Shown: positions 14,479-32,138 of the stretch, piece by piece
How the letters are laid out: each line of letters opens with the position of its first letter
How positions within the stretch are numbered: the stretch's first letter is position 1
Origin: the human T2T-CHM13v2.0 reference genome, Homo sapiens
Assembly (NCBI RefSeq): GCF_009914755.1
Contig: NC_060930.1
Direction: 5' to 3' (one strand)
DNA length: 64,000 bases
Program-made: the position numbers and the translations under genes
The notes under the pieces: model-generated
What the model was told of the DNA's origin: nothing
Database searches by the model: none
The model's input: the letters and a program-made list of their open reading frames with translations, nothing else

Positions 14479-14664
14479 ACAAAATAATATCAGTGCATAG
14501 AATGTTCTGGAAATGCCTAGCTTCCTGAACATGGCCTGGTATACAGTAGGGCTTACAGTTGTTGAACATTTTTAGGTATTTTATAAATCAATCCCCAGTA
14601 TTTATGTAAAAGAATGAAACTATAGCCAATTAAACAATCATGTTCATTTGACACTGCTATTGCT

Positions 14665-14835
14665 CAGTGGTTCTCAAATTTTGTTGCAATTAGAATCACC
14701 AGAGGGAACTTTAAAATTTGTGATGCCCGTGCTGCACCCTAGACCCATTCAATCAGAACTGTGGGATTGTAGCCAAAGTATCAGTATTTTTTAAGTTCTC
14801 CAGGTGATTTTAATGTGCAGCCAAAGTTGATAACA
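14665..14835. mobile_element. MER5A (hAT-Charlie MITE)
   Basis: CAGTGGTTCTCAAA...AGAATCACC...CTCCAGGTGATTTTAATGTGCAGCCAAAGTTGA. Confidence 0.85.
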
Positions 14836-15439
14836 AAAGGTATGAATAATTATGCAATGGCAAAGAGCAGATAAGGGACTGAGAAGAGTTTCTGGGATGG
14901 GTGATATGCATCACTTGAAAATTGTCCGTGAATTTATGAAATTTGTCCTGTCAAAACCGAGATAAATGCTAGAGACTTAGCCTATAGTTTTACCTTTCTA
15001 ATCAGTAAACATGTGTTTCTAATAATGCATGCGAATTAGTTTAATTATACACAAAAAATTCTGGTTTATGTAGATTGCAGAAAGCTGCAGGTTGGACATT
15101 TGTTGCATCATATGGCAATTTGGTTCAAGGTGGACAAACACAGGTAACAATGAAAGACACCGAAGAGTTGGCTTGTAGAATGGGGTTTTGCGGATATGTA
15201 ACACAATTGATTTATGAACCAATTTCTATGCTGAATACTCTGGAAAACGTTCCCCTTCCAAACTATTAGCCCATCATGGATACATACTAATGGTGGCTGA
15301 GTGCTGAAGCTCAGGTGATTTTCATCACTCAGGGCATCATGAGGAAAGAAGAGGCACTTAAGATGGAGCTTAGATCTCTCAAGGAAGAGTAGATCTTAGG
15401 CCACATGGAGAGTTCTGAGTAGTCAGGAATAAGTAAAAG

Positions 15440-15712
15440 TAAAAATAATAATAGCTAGACTTTACTAAATACCAGGCTATATTATATATGTCAGTTATTT
15501 CATGCAATCCTTGTTTATGAGAGAGGTACTATTTTTATCTCCATTTTCCTGGCGAGGAAACTGGGGGGATTCAGTGAGTTTGTGTATGCAAAGTGCTTGG
15601 CACCGGAGCTGGCACATGACCAACACTCAATAGTGGTGGCTCCTAATTTTTGGATCATAGAATGTTAGAGTTGGAAGAGACCTTAGAGATCATTAGTGAA
15701 ACCCATCATTTT
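15440..15712. mobile_element. MIR/MIR3 fragments
   Basis: CCATTTT...GAGGAAACTG, AAAGTGCTTGGCAC and ATCATAGAATGTTAGAGTTGGAAGAGACCTTAGAGATCAT segments. Confidence 0.55.
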
Positions 15713-15730
15713 ATTTCTTAAAATAAAACC

Positions 15731-16024
<294 letters not shown>

Positions 16025-16366
16025 TTAATAATTAAATGAAATGAAACAAAATAGTAACAATAGAGGATTTCAATATTTAGAATCTGCCTGAGATTCGGCT
16101 GTGATCCAATGTTAAGAGTGCTGGTAAAATCCCATCTACCAAATCCCTCCTCTACAGATAGCATTGTTCTTTGCTCCTGATGGCTGGAGTCCCTTAGGTA
16201 GAGACCCCACAGGGCCTTTAAGCTGTGGCCATAGAACAGCATTCCCTGACCACCCGCATTGTGTCACCCTGGAATAGAGGCTCTGACTGGCATGAAAGAC
16301 GGGGAAGGAACATTCTCTTTCCCTAAATGTCCACAGAGAGATACAATTTTAGAATAACTAAGCATA

Positions 16367-16680
16367 GGCAGGGCGCAGTGGCTCCTGCCTGTAATCTCAA
16401 CACTTCGGGAGGCTGAGGCAGGCAGATTGCTTGAGCTCGCAAGTTCGAGACCAGCTTGGGCAACATGGCAAAATCTTGGCTCTACAAAAAATACAAAAAT
16501 TAGCTGGGCGTGGCGGCACACACCTTAGTCCCAGCTACTTAGGAGGCTGAGGTGGGAGGATTGCTGAGCCCAACAGGTGGAGATTGCAGTGAGCTGAGAT
16601 TGCCTCACTGTACTCCAGCCTGGGCAACAGAGCTAGACCTTGTCTCAAAAAAAAAAATAAAAATAAAAACATAAAAAAAA
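16367..16680 (+). mobile_element. Alu (AluJ/Sz)
   Basis: Dimeric Alu; TSD AGAATAA(CT/TG)AAGCATA. Confidence 0.93.
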
Positions 16681-16823
16681 GAATAATGAAGCATAAATGA
16701 CTAGATATGTCACTTACCAAGGATATAGGAGTCAGCTCATTTTTTATTCATTCACTGGGCAACTATTTATGGAGTAGGGGTTAACACTTATTGAGCAATC
16801 ACCATGTGGTAGATGCTGTGGAT

Positions 16824-17140
16824 GTTGTAATGTGCCTCCGAGATCCTGCTTCTTGAATGAATGATTTCAGCTGGAGGGAGTGCTGTTGGCAGGCAGCCTT
16901 CAGCTGTCAGCCCCCTTCAGAGGATGCCTTAAATAAAGAGAGCTAATTTGCCCAAGGATACACCTCCAACACATCCTGGGCTTTCTCTCATCCAATGACT
17001 TATTGAAATAGGGTGCCAGGGAAGTGATAAAAGCATAGCCCTCTTGCCCCAACCCAGGACAGTTCTGAAAGATTGTCTTATGTTCAGAACTCCCTGCAGA
17101 GTTGACTTGTCTTTCAGCCCTTCCCCATTCCTGTTCCTAG
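16824..17140 (+). mobile_element. LTR16-family (ERVL) solo LTR, partial
   Basis: GGGAGTGCTGTTGGCAGGCAGCCTTCAGCTGTCAGCCCC...CCAATGAC...GCCCTCTTGCCCCAACCCAGGACAGTTCTGAA. Confidence 0.65.
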
Positions 17141-18251
17141 CACTTTATCCATTCATTCATTCATTTCACAAATATTAATTAAGCACTTTTCATGAGACAG
17201 AATCCACAGGCAAGAGTATATTGGATATATATTCAACATACTCTACACCATGTAGACTCTACCTCATGTTCATGATGCAGAAGATGTCCTCAGGGATGAA
17301 AAGAATCTAATAGAACATTAATATTAATTCCTTGCTTGGGTCTCTGCTAAAAAAAATGTAGAGAAACTCTCATTAAACTGTATTTAATAGAGACAAATAA
17401 TAGGAACTGAACCATGTCATAATAGTTTAATTAATTCTCCCAAAACTAATTGAGAAAGGAGTTGTCAATAGATATCGTCACTGGAATCTAATGGTTTAAT
17501 TTGGCAGACATCCCAGATAACATTTGGGGTCTATCTGTGTGGGATAAACCTTGCTGCCTTATTCTCCAGGAATGAATACATAGGTATTCCAAGTACAAAT
17601 GCAGAGTTACCTGAATGCTTATGCAAGCATATTATGGGGTTTTGGTGTACTGTATGAATTAGTAGCATAATTAATAACAGGTCTACATATAAGTAATGCA
17701 TAAAATATATTATATTTATCTGAAAGTGTTTCAGTAAAATAATGATATTCCATGTTTTAAAAAATAAACTTTATGAGGGAAGAAATGTTTATTACTATCA
17801 TATGATTTTTTGATAATTTTTTCTAACGATTATGATTTACAGACAACTGATTTTTATGTTTTGGCCCAGTTTTATTTTCATACTGAGGAAGTAAGAAGAA
17901 ATATTCAAGTTTTTCAAGATGGAGTGAGAGGAAATAGCCACTTCATATGGTGCTCTAGGATAAGAATTCTGCAATCAACAACAAAATACATGTCCTTAAG
18001 ACGGTGTCATGGCTTAACTGTGCCTGCAATTTATGCATTTTACCACCAGAGGGAGATAAGGAATAATAGTCATTGGAAGCTCCTGAGCCTACAAGCTCCT
18101 AAGTGCGTCAATTTTTTTGATTGAAGATAATCACTCTCCCTCTAAATAATAAGCATACATTTTCAAATTTTGAATGCACTATATATTTTCTAAAATATAA
18201 AAATAAGCTATTTTTAAGCAATCTATTTACTGAAAGACAATACCTTAGAAA

Positions 18252-18465
18252 CAGGGGTCAACAAACTTTGTAAGGCAGATAGTATAGTAAATATTTTAGG
18301 CTTTGTGAGTCATGATTTCTGTTGTAACCACTCAACTTTGCCATGTAGTTGAAAACAGCCATAGGCAATATGTAAATGAATGAGTACCCTATTTCAAGAA
18401 AACTTTAGTTATAAAATCAGACAGTGGGCTGGGTTTGGCCCATAGGCTATGATTTGCTGATCGCT
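18252..18465. mobile_element. MER58A (hAT-Charlie)
   Basis: CAGGGGTCAACAAACT...GTAAATATTTTAGGCTTTGTG...TTTGGCCCATAGGC...TTTGCTGA. Confidence 0.85.
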
Positions 18466-18529
18466 AACTCAAAATTAAGTATTACGAATTCAGTTGCCTA
18501 CAGTAAAGCAGGCTCTGTAGAGACCATGA

Positions 18530-18790
18530 CAAATCAGGGAGCACATATTTTATTTAATAGCCAGCTCCACTCAGCTCCAGCCGATAGTAACTAGGCAGAA
18601 TGTGAGCCTAGCATGACCAGATCTTTCTATTTTTCAAAAACAGATGGAAACCTGTATTTTTACATATTTCCCTATTTTAAAATTTTGGCAATTAGTTCAG
18701 ACACCACCACCACCACCACCATACACACCTTGGGTACCCAGAAAGCAACTGCACAGACTGCATTTGTCCTGTTGAGCAGCTTCTGCTGCA
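18530..18790. mobile_element. MER102-like hAT fragment
   Basis: CCAGATCTTTCTATTTTTCAA...GGAAACCTGTATTTT...TTGGCAATTAGTTC. Confidence 0.5.
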
Positions 18791-18816
18791 GAGCAACTTT
18801 TAAAAATTAAAAATTA

Positions 18817-19152
<336 letters not shown>

Positions 19153-19166
19153 CTATCATTCTTTCA

Positions 19167-19680
19167 TGTAAGTAAAGGAAATCAAAATATTTTACCCCAA
19201 AATATATTTCTTTAACATATTTTGAAATGGCTGCTGCAGAGCTGGCAAAGCGAAATGGCCTTGCAAAGCTGTCTTTTATGGGGTAAAATCTGCATCTGTA
19301 GAGAATCTCCATTAACACAACCAGGCTCTAGGAGAGATTCAGAGTCTTACACCTTTAAAAGTCTAAAAAGAAACATGTACCTTTGAGGGAGCCTTTATCT
19401 ACATAATAATGCCAGCTCTGCTGACCAAGCCTATTTCTTTCTCTGGCCCTTAAACTGTCCTGCCACCAAAACCTGTTTGGGGGCAGGCACTGAGTCGTCA
19501 TTCTTTCTTTAATCTCCAGATAGTATAAAAGCTTCTGTATTGTTGGGTTGGATCTTCATTCTGAAAGTTCCTGTATAGACATGCTAAATTGTATACCTTT
19601 TCTGCTATTAATCAACCTGCCTCATGTCAGTGACTTTTTTTAGTGAACCTTTAGAGGGCCAAGAGCCTATGGCCCCCACA
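19167..19680 (+). mobile_element. ERV1 solo LTR (MER39/MER34 group)
   Basis: TG...CA termini; AAAGGAAATCAAAATATTTTACCCCAAAATAT start, TATAAAA box, GTGAACCTTTAGAGGGC...CCCCCACA end. Confidence 0.75.
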
Positions 19681-19910
19681 TAAACACTTACATAGCACTG
19701 ATTAAGTGGGAGGCACTATTCTAAGTGCTTTGTCTATATTAGCTCATGAATTATCCTCACAGCAACCTTGTAAGGTAGGTGCTATTACTGTTTCACCCTG
19801 GGCAAAGAGAAGCTGAGTAATACCCAAGGTTACACAGCTGAGGTCTGGCAGAGCTGGGATTTGAACCTAGGCAGCTCTAAGGTAGAGTCTGTACACATAA
19901 CCCATTAGGC
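19681..19910 (-). mobile_element. MIR
   Basis: CTAAGTGCTTT...CCTCACAGCAACC...CCCAAGGTTACACAGCT...GGGATTTGAACCTAGGCAG. Confidence 0.75.
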
Positions 19911-19916
19911 TGTAAC

Positions 19917-20548
19917 TTATCGGAAAGGGGTCTTGATCCAGACCCCAAGAGAGGGTTCTTGGTTCTTGTACAAGAAAGAATTTGGGGCGAGTTCATGGAG
20001 TGAAGTGAAAACAAGTTGATTAGGAAAGTAAAGGAATAAAGAAGAGCTACTCCATAGGCAGAGCAGCAGCACTGGCTGCTTGTCTAAGGACATTTATAGT
20101 CATTTCTTGATTATATGTTAAACAAGGGGCAGATTATTCATGAGTTTTCTGGGAAAGGAGTGGTCAATTCCTGGAACTGAGGGTTCCTCCCTGTTTTAGA
20201 CCATATAGGGTAACTTCCGGATGTTGCCATGACACCTGTAAACCGTTATGGCACTGGTGAGAGTGTCTTTTAGCATGCTAATGTATCATAATCAGTGAAT
20301 AATGAGCACTGAGGACGACCAGAGGTCACTTTTATTGCCGTCTTGGTTTTGGTGAGATTTGGCTGGCTTCTTCACTGCATGCTGTTTTCTCAGCAAGGTC
20401 TTTATGATCTGTACCTTGAGCTGACCTCCTATCTCATCCTGTGACTTAGAATGCCTAACCTCCTGGGAATGCAGCCCAGTAGGTCTCAGCCTCATTTTAC
20501 CCAGCCCCTATTCAAGATGGAGTCACTCTGGTTCAAAGGCCTCTGATG
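19917..20548 (-). mobile_element. MER41 (MER41B-like) solo LTR
   Basis: Reverse complement of the MER41 start (TCAGAGGCCTTTGAACCAGAGTGACTCCATCTTGAATAGG); 4-bp TSD TAAC. Confidence 0.9.
20147..20176. promoter_or_regulatory. Tandem GAS (STAT) motifs within MER41
   Basis: TTCTGGGAA (20147-20155) and TTCCTGGAA (20168-20176) both fit TTCnnnGAA. Function is not shown by sequence alone. Confidence 0.6.
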
Positions 20549-21458
20549 TAACCGTCTCCCTTCCATGGCTGCTTTCCTCTCTTAATCCTGCACTAAGCTA
20601 CAGCAATAGAGAGAAGAAGACTCTTGTCTCTCTTCTAACTAGACTTGGGCCTCAGGGTCAAGGTTTCTTCCCAGTCAACTTATCTTCCCAACCCAAGTGT
20701 GGACTTTGTGGCTTTGGGGAAAGTCAGGTCTGAGATGACTTCATCCCCTACTGTGAGGCAAACTCCCTAGCAAATGTCAAGTTGAAAGTTTGGATCACCC
20801 CATCACTTCTGTGTTTATATTTTATTGTAATTATTTTTCAGTAAAGCTTACTGCTCTGGAATTTGGATTAACTCTACACACAATATTTAGTTTAATTATC
20901 CATCGTGCTTTTCTAATTTGTTCTAGCAAGCCCCAAGAAAATGACTTCAGATAATGTGTGGAAAGATTTCTTTCTTAAAGCTACAGTAACTGAATATAAG
21001 AAAAGGCCATCAAATGGAAATTAAAATTGCTTTAAAAGGATAGCGAGAACGCATGTCTAAGTTTGCTCAGTTGAAATCACAGTTTTGAGAGAGAAGTAGA
21101 ATTTTTTTTCTCTAGCAAACTTAAAAGAAATGACGAATTAGGTACTTGTGTCACTTTTCTAAAATGCAGCTATGAGTTTTATTGCTGATTCTTGAAGATA
21201 TTCTGAAAAGTAATTTCAGCTGCAAAGGAAATGCAGGAGGCAAAACAAATTATAGTCCCTCTTTTCAAAAAATGCGAATACCTCTGGGAGACCAGTGAAG
21301 CTATCAGTCATACACAATTTAATATGCAATACTTTTTGCAGCAATGTTTTCCTTCTAATGCCCACAGAAGCTAGATTCTGCTGGGAAAGGAAAGTTTTAG
21401 AACTTCTGGGGTCACGTGAGGCTTATGGTGATAATGCATGTAGTTTCGTAACAGAAAC

Positions 21459-21553
21459 AGGGTTTGCCTGGAACTGTCCCAGTTTTAAAACTGAAAGTCT
21501 TGTATCCCAGGAATCCCTCAGTACCAGGCAAACCGGGACACTCAGTGACCCTA
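21459..21553. mobile_element. MER81 (hAT-Blackjack MITE)
   Basis: GGTTTGCCTGGAACTGTCCCAGTTTTAAAACTGAAAGTC...GGCAAACCGGGACA...GTGACCCTA. Confidence 0.75.
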
Positions 21554-21677
21554 AGATCACCGGACGGCGTTTGTGATTTCCTGTCTAGTTCTGCTCTCAC
21601 TTCCCTCCTCTCCTCACAGCTAAGCCATCTTAACTGCTACTTACAGATATGGCCCCACAGGCTCTGAATAACCTCCT

Positions 21678-21850
21678 CAGTGCTTTCCAAACCTCCTTGA
21701 CTGTGGGAATCACCTGGGTGCTTGCCAAACCCAGATTCCCAGGCTGCACTTTTGGTAATTCTCATCCAGAGGTTTGCAGTAGGTCCTGAGAGTCAGTGAA
21801 TTCACCAAAGCCAGGGGAGTCTTATAATTGGAGAAGTTTGGGAAGCACTA
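21678..21850. mobile_element. MER5-family MITE
   Basis: TIR-like CAGTGCTTTCCAAAC ... GTTTGGGAAGCACT with internal GAATCACCTGG. Confidence 0.7.
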
Positions 21851-21949
21851 ATTAGCCTACATTCAAAGGGGTATGCAAGTACTCTAGTTCAAGAACCAGG
21901 AGGCTCAGTATAATCCACACTCGCTGTGGCCTGGCTTGGCCACTGGGAC

Positions 21950-22733
<784 letters not shown>

Positions 22734-23109
22734 GGACCATTGCTAGCAACTGGTTTCCAGGGGGCTCCCCACACACTTAGGAACTGATCCCTGAATATTT
22801 GTCCAGGGGCTGACCTTTCCTGCCTGCTGACAGAGGTCTCTGCTTCTTCCTGCTTTTCTGAATGTCTGGAAATAGCTTATTCTGAGAGTCGCCATTTTCT
22901 GTCCCTGTACTCTCATGGAGTCTACCGCTCTCAAGGTCATTGCCCTGTGTGTGGAACTGCCACATCTCACCTCTACCTGCAGCTGAGTTTGCTTCTCTGT
23001 GAGTCTTCACTGTTCCTGGCCTCTCCTAGTTTCTCCTGTAGACTGTGTTTAATGCTTTTCTGCCAAAATGTTTTAAGAGATTCACCATGATGAGAAGAAC
23101 GCAAAAGGC

Positions 23110-23330
23110 AAGGGATACTGCTTAAGGGTGTGAGCCCCTGAGCTGACTGCTGAAGTTGAACTCCAGCTGTGTGATCTTTGGCCTCAGTTACTTAACCTGT
23201 GAAATGGGGATAATCATAGTATTGATTTCCTTACATTGTTGGCAGGGTTAAATGAGAAGATATCTGTAAAGCATTTAGCATGGTGCCTGACACCTTTGAA
23301 ACTGTAAATGTTAGCTATCATCATCACTCT
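23110..23330 (+). mobile_element. MIR
   Basis: CAGCTGTGTGATC...CTGTGAAATGGGATAAT...GTAAAGCATTTAGCATGGTGCCTGACAC. Confidence 0.75.
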
Positions 23331-23450
23331 TATTATTACTAGTGCTCTTATCATCATTAATTGTTATATTATTTTTACTAGGAAGTAGGAGAAGGACATA
23401 GAAGATAGGGCAGGAGAAGATCCTTTATCTTTTAAAAAATTTGCCATGGA

Positions 23451-24117
<667 letters not shown>

Positions 24118-24827
24118 TCATCTTCCTCACCATACCAAAGGATTACAGCAGCTGCAGTTTCAAAAGGAACATCAGGATACATGACCTGACCATTCAGTGG
24201 GAAGAATTTAATTTCCAAACACTTCTAGAAAATTCCAGTGATATGATCAGGCATTTGATTTCTGCTTAGAGGACCAAGAATGTAAGCTAAGACTATTTAG
24301 TATAGATACATTGGATGTATGGAAGTTTTATGGGATGGTCTATAAATCCAGCCTCCATACATGTTGTGAAATCCTAATAGCCAACTCACATCTGGATTTT
24401 AGCAATATAACCCATTGCTATGACAACTATTAATTATATCATGTTGTGCCCCAACTCAGTGCACTGGAGTACTCTCCAAAGGGAAACACATTTACATGAA
24501 TCAATTTATCTTTCATCTCATATCAAAGAAGCCAATCAGATTATTTTTGCCCAGCGGATCTATTATTAAAGGAACAATTTTGTCTTTAAGTCCCTACTTA
24601 TTGATGAACAGAATTCATCTTATTTATAATACCAGTATGAAAGGCAAGGTCTTCTGCAGATTAAAGAAAGCTAGTTACTTCAGCAGTACACTTCAGACGT
24701 GTACATGCACAGGCCAGCAGTCACTATTTTTCCAGAGTCCTCTCCACATGGAAAGGTTAGAAAAAAGGAAATCCCAATTGCACTCTCAATTAAACAGCCA
24801 CTGAGTGCTCCAAAGTATGGTTTTTAG

Positions 24828-25100
<273 letters not shown>

Positions 25101-25165
25101 AACAATGGATGTTTTTGACTCTAGGTCTCTTGCACGCAACATCTCAAGCTTTCCAGCAGTGGTAG

Positions 25166-25875
25166 TGTTACCAGTGGTGGAATTCACACAAATCTGCAGC
25201 AAACTCGATCCTTGTCTCCTTGGAGGAAAAAATTCTGCTGAGGGGCAGACACAGGTTTAAAGCAAAGGGAAAGACTGAGGCAAGTTTTAGAGCAGGGATG
25301 AGAGTTTATTAAAATGTTTTAGAGCAGAAGCAAAAGGAAGCAAAGTACATATGGAAAAAGGCCAAGCTGGCAACTTGAGAGGCCAACCGCCCCATTCAGC
25401 CTTTGACTTGGGGATTTATACATTGGCATGATTTTGGGGCTTTCTTTTCTCCTCCCTTGATCCTTCCCTTGGGGCGGGCTGTTGCTCAACCACCACATGC
25501 ACAGTGTTGCTCAGCACTTGGGAGGGTGACTGCGTGCATAGTTTATTTTACTGCAGTTGCGCGCATGCTCTCTAGGGGCAATTTTCCTTTACCGGTCGAC
25601 TGTTCCCAGGTGAAGGTCATATACCTGCCACTTTGCCTCTTAGTGTGCATGCTTGGGCCTGCTTGTCCAACCCCTGAACTCTTATTGAGAAGCTGCTGAT
25701 CACCAGCTCCAGGTATTTTCTATCTACTGGGAGCCTGTCTTTGCCTGGTGCTGGCTGTGACCAATTATCATTTCAGAGAGAGTTTAACAACCGCCTGATC
25801 ATCACCTGATGGTCACCTGACACTCCTGGGGGTGCCCTCTCCTGCCCTGCTCATATCTGCCTATCTACTCTAACA
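25166..25875 (-). mobile_element. MER50-type ERV1 solo LTR
   Basis: TGTTA...TAACA termini; reverse complement starts TGTTAGAGTAGATAGGCAGATATGAGCAGGGCAGGAGAGGGC; TSD GTAG on both sides. Confidence 0.85.
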
Positions 25876-26255
25876 GTAGAAACATTCTAACACACACTTT
25901 ATAGTTTTCACGTGGCAGCTAACTTTGTACAGGCATTGCAAATTCAGATGGGAAGAGCTCCACCTATGATTTTTGTCTGAGACTTTAAGGTTAGTAAAGA
26001 AGGTCAGACGTTTCTCCTCCCCTGGGACTCCCATGAGCTCAAAACCTCAAAGACGTTTCACCAAAATGACAGGCAATGTTATTTTGGTTAGAGATATGCT
26101 TCTTCAAGGAGAAGTGAAAGCATCTCAGCTTCAGGAGTGATATGACTGTGTGCCCTTGAGCACGTTTCATGGCATGGAAATGAAGAGACCACTCCCTTCA
26201 AGGCAGTGAGTCATAGCTCCGTTGGGGTCCATGTTGCTCCTAAGAATCCTTTCAA

Positions 26256-26557
<302 letters not shown>

Positions 26558-26752
26558 ACTTACTTGTGTTGGGTGCCTTTTGTGCTGTCCACTCAGGTGA
26601 CATCCACCCTGGCCTCCTCTTCCTTGGCAGTCCTAACCATAGCACTCAGCACTTTAGCCTGTAAGGGATGTTAGTGGAGTGTCCACAGCTAAACCAGAAC
26701 CTACTTGGGAGTGGAGACTGTGAGCTGTCCCTTTTGTCTCTCATAGCTCCTA

Positions 26753-27058
<306 letters not shown>

Positions 27059-27255
27059 AATTCTAGTGGCTGATGAAGATGAAGAAGAAAGATGATGATG
27101 ATGACAGGTTAGCAGCAATAGCAGCTAACATTTTGGACTACCAAAGCTGATGCTGAACTGTTTTCACTGGATTTCTCATTTCATCCTCACAAGAATGCTT
27201 TGTGGTACAGATAAAGAGGCTGAGACTAAGAGAGGTTAAACGGCTTCTTAAGGTT

Positions 27256-27700
27256 GCCGTAGGGTTGAATAGTCTCTCCCCAGTATTCATTTCTACTCAG
27301 AACCTGTGAATGTGACCTTATTTGGAAATAGGATCTTTATTAAGTTTAAGATGAAGTCATACTAGATTAGGTTGAGCCCTAAAGTCAATAATTGGTGTCC
27401 TTAGAAAAAGAGGAAAATGTGGACACAGACACAGAGGATGCACACAGGTTAGGAGGCCATGTGAAGACAGAGGCAGAGGTTGGAGTGATGCTGCCACAAG
27501 CCAGGGAATGCCAGGGATTGCTGGCAACCACCAGGAGCTAGAAGAAAGACATGAAGCAGATCCTTTCTCTAAACCTCCGGAAAGAACCAACCCCAATGAC
27601 ACCTTGATTCTGGCCTTCTAACCTCCAGAACTGTTAGAGAATACATTTCTGTTGTCTTAAGCCACACAGTTTGTGGTAACTTGTTACAGCAGCCCTAGCT
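27256..27700 (+). mobile_element. MLT1C-like LTR
   Basis: GGGTTGAATAG...GTGACCTTATTTGGAAATAGG...CACCTTGATT...GTTACAGCAGCCCTAG. Confidence 0.85.
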
Positions 27701-27752
27701 GATGGATATAGTAGTTTCACAGATACTTGGTTGAATAAACTGACTTGGGTGG

Positions 27753-28435
<683 letters not shown>

Positions 28436-28522
28436 GGTAGTGACTTGAACCAACCTATAACTCACCTAACTCATCTGAGAGATCTGCATAGCATTGATTG
28501 CTATGAGAATCCAATGTAATAA

Positions 28523-29234
28523 TGTAACTGCCCCATGGGTTCTCCTTACCCTCTGCCTAGACAGAGCTGATTTATTAAGACAGGAGAATTGCATTAGAGA
28601 AAGATTTCAATTCATGCAGAGCTGGCTGTATGAAATTTTATTATTACTCAAATCGGTCTTCCTGAGAATTTGGGAATTGGAATTTTTAAGTATAATTTGG
28701 TGGGTAGGGGCCAGTGAGTTGGGAGTGCTGATTGTTTGGGTTGGAGAGGAAATCAAAGGGAGTTGAAGCTGTCCTCTTGCACTGAGCACTTCCTGGTTGG
28801 GGGCCACAAGACCAGATGAGCCAGTTTATCGATCTGGGTGGTGCCAGCTGATCCATGGAGTACAGGGTCTGCGAAATATTTCAAACACAGAACTTAGGTT
28901 TTATATTAGTGACGTTATCCCCAGGAGCATTTGGGGACGTTCAGAATTTTGCAGCCTCCAGCAGCATGACTCCTAAACCATAATTTCTAATCTTGGGGCT
29001 AATCTGTTAGTCCTGCACAGGCAGTCTAGTCCCCGGGCAGGAGGGGGATTTGTTTTGGGAAAGGGCTGTTACTATCTTTGTTTTAAACTATATGTTCCTT
29101 CCAAACTTAGTTCGGCCTATGCCCAGGAATGAACAAGGACAGCTTGGAGGTTAGAAGCAAGATGGAGTTGGTTAGGTCAGATCTCTTTCACTGTAATGAT
29201 TTTGTCAGTTATAATTTTTGCAAAGGTGGCTTCA
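28523..29234 (-). mobile_element. LTR8-family ERV1 solo LTR
   Basis: Reverse complement starts TGAAGCCACCTTTGCAAAAATTATAACTGAC...CAGTGAAAGAGATCTGACCTAACC; TG...CA termini; TSD (A/G)TAA. Confidence 0.85.
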
Positions 29235-29387
29235 GTAACACTTTTGCCACAACAAAATCTTTGGCTGTCAGTGTGCTTTGTTGTTTTGGTTAAAGTACTT
29301 CATAAAGTATAGCAATGCAAGCATTTGAATATGCACAGAACCCCTCTGGAGTCATCCACAGGGAATTGGTAGAGGAGGTGGTCTCTG

Positions 29388-30039
29388 TGTAACTGCCCAG
29401 CGGGTTCTTCCTGCCTACTGCACAGACAAAACCAATTCACTGAGACCACAGGATTGTAATGAAGAAAGAGTTTAGTAGACACGAGGCTGGCCATGCCATG
29501 TGGGAGACAGAGTTGTTACTCAAGTTGATCTCCCAGAAGATTCAGAGGCTAGGATTTTTCAAGGATAGTTCGTTGGGCCAGGGAGTCTGCTTCTGGATGA
29601 GATCAAGACTGGTGGGCAGGGGCCTGTGGGTCCGGGTGGAGCTATTGCCAAAATGCAAAAACCTGAAAAGACATCTCAAAAGGCCAGTCTTAGGTTCCAC
29701 AGTAGAGACGTTACCTGCAGGGGTAATTGGGGAAGTTGCAAATCTTGTGATCGCCAGAATAATGGTGGTAATCATTTACATCTATACCTTAGCAGAATTC
29801 AGGTTCTTCACATCCTCCCCGTGGCATTTCACTCTCTTTACAAAGGCATTTAATTTTGGAGAAGGGCTATTACCATTTAAACTATAAACCAAATGTGTCG
29901 CAAAGTTAGCTTGGCAAAAGCCCAGGAATAATTAAGAAGGGCAGCTTGGAGGTTAAAGGCAAGGTGGGGGTTGGTTAGATCAGATATCTTTCACTGTCAT
30001 AATTTTCTCACTGTTACAATTTTTGCAAAGGCAATTTCA
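29388..30039 (-). mobile_element. LTR8-related ERV1 solo LTR (LTR8A/MER49-type)
   Basis: Termini similar to LTR8 but a different middle; TSD TCTG at 29384-29387 and 30040-30043. Confidence 0.75.
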
Positions 30040-31124
30040 TCTGGGGATGGGAACTGGTTGCGGGGAGTCAGGTGTGGGTGAGGACTTAGTCTTCACTGTT
30101 TACATTATTGAATTGGGTTACGTATTCATGCAGCACCTATTTTAAAAGGTAAAAATTTAAGTGATAAAGAGCTATGTGACAGTTATTCCCTGTGACTCAC
30201 TTTCCTCTTCCTCTTTCTGTTTCTCTCTGTTGCTGTGTCTTTGGTGAAGCAGAGGGTAGAGGACATCATGGGTCAATGAGCTGTGGGTTGGGGCCCAGGA
30301 CAAGGATAAACATTCCAGATCAAGAGTTGAGTGCTTGTCTCCCACACAGTACTCCCACTCCCTGCTCTGAGGCTACTTGCTGCTATCTTCATTGTGCATG
30401 TCAGGCAACGCAAATTCCCCCCATCCCCCATATACTCAGACCTCCAATCATTTGTCAAGTAGCTCATACGATATTATGTCGAGGGCCTGGGGCAGTACTT
30501 GCCCATAGCAAGTGCTCAGCTGAAATGCACTGAGGTACATGGCTGGAGCCCTACCCCGATTCTTACTGGATGAAGGCTTCCTCCCTCCCCTTGTTAGGCT
30601 GAGCCCCAGGCAACTTTTCCAGAAAGGGTACAGCTGTGGGGACAGGAGGGCATACATGCAGCACCCAGAAATGATTCTATCTTCTCTTCCATCCCTATTA
30701 GGCCAATCTTTCAGAATTTATGAAATATCAAGCAATGTAATCAAATGAGGAATCCGTTGCACGCACTGTGGGCCTGAAATACCAAAGGCAGCACAGTGAG
30801 GAACAGAAAGGAGGAATGCAATCTGTTTCCAGCAAGTTAAGGTAGAATTGAGCTTGCCTTCCTCCCCCACCTTCTCACTTAGCCTTTCACCAGAAAAATC
30901 ATGCAATTTCCCCTTCTCTCTAATGTATACTAATGTATGGTATTTGTAGTGGATGAAATTGCCATGCAGGAATTTGGGATGCTGGTATCTGAGGAGGCAG
31001 ATGTCTTGCGAAAAGGTTACCATGAACCTGTGGGGAGGGGTGTTGCCCACCGCCAGGGATCTACAGCTGAGACTGCTCTGCCTGGGCCTCCCACACGCTG
31101 GCTGGCATCTGGCTGGACTGGAAC

Positions 31125-32138
<1,014 letters not shown>

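Noticed and set aside
29459-29887. 142-aa ORF (also 41222-41716, 164 aa)
   Set aside because: Lies inside a solo LTR; no gag/pol/env motifs.
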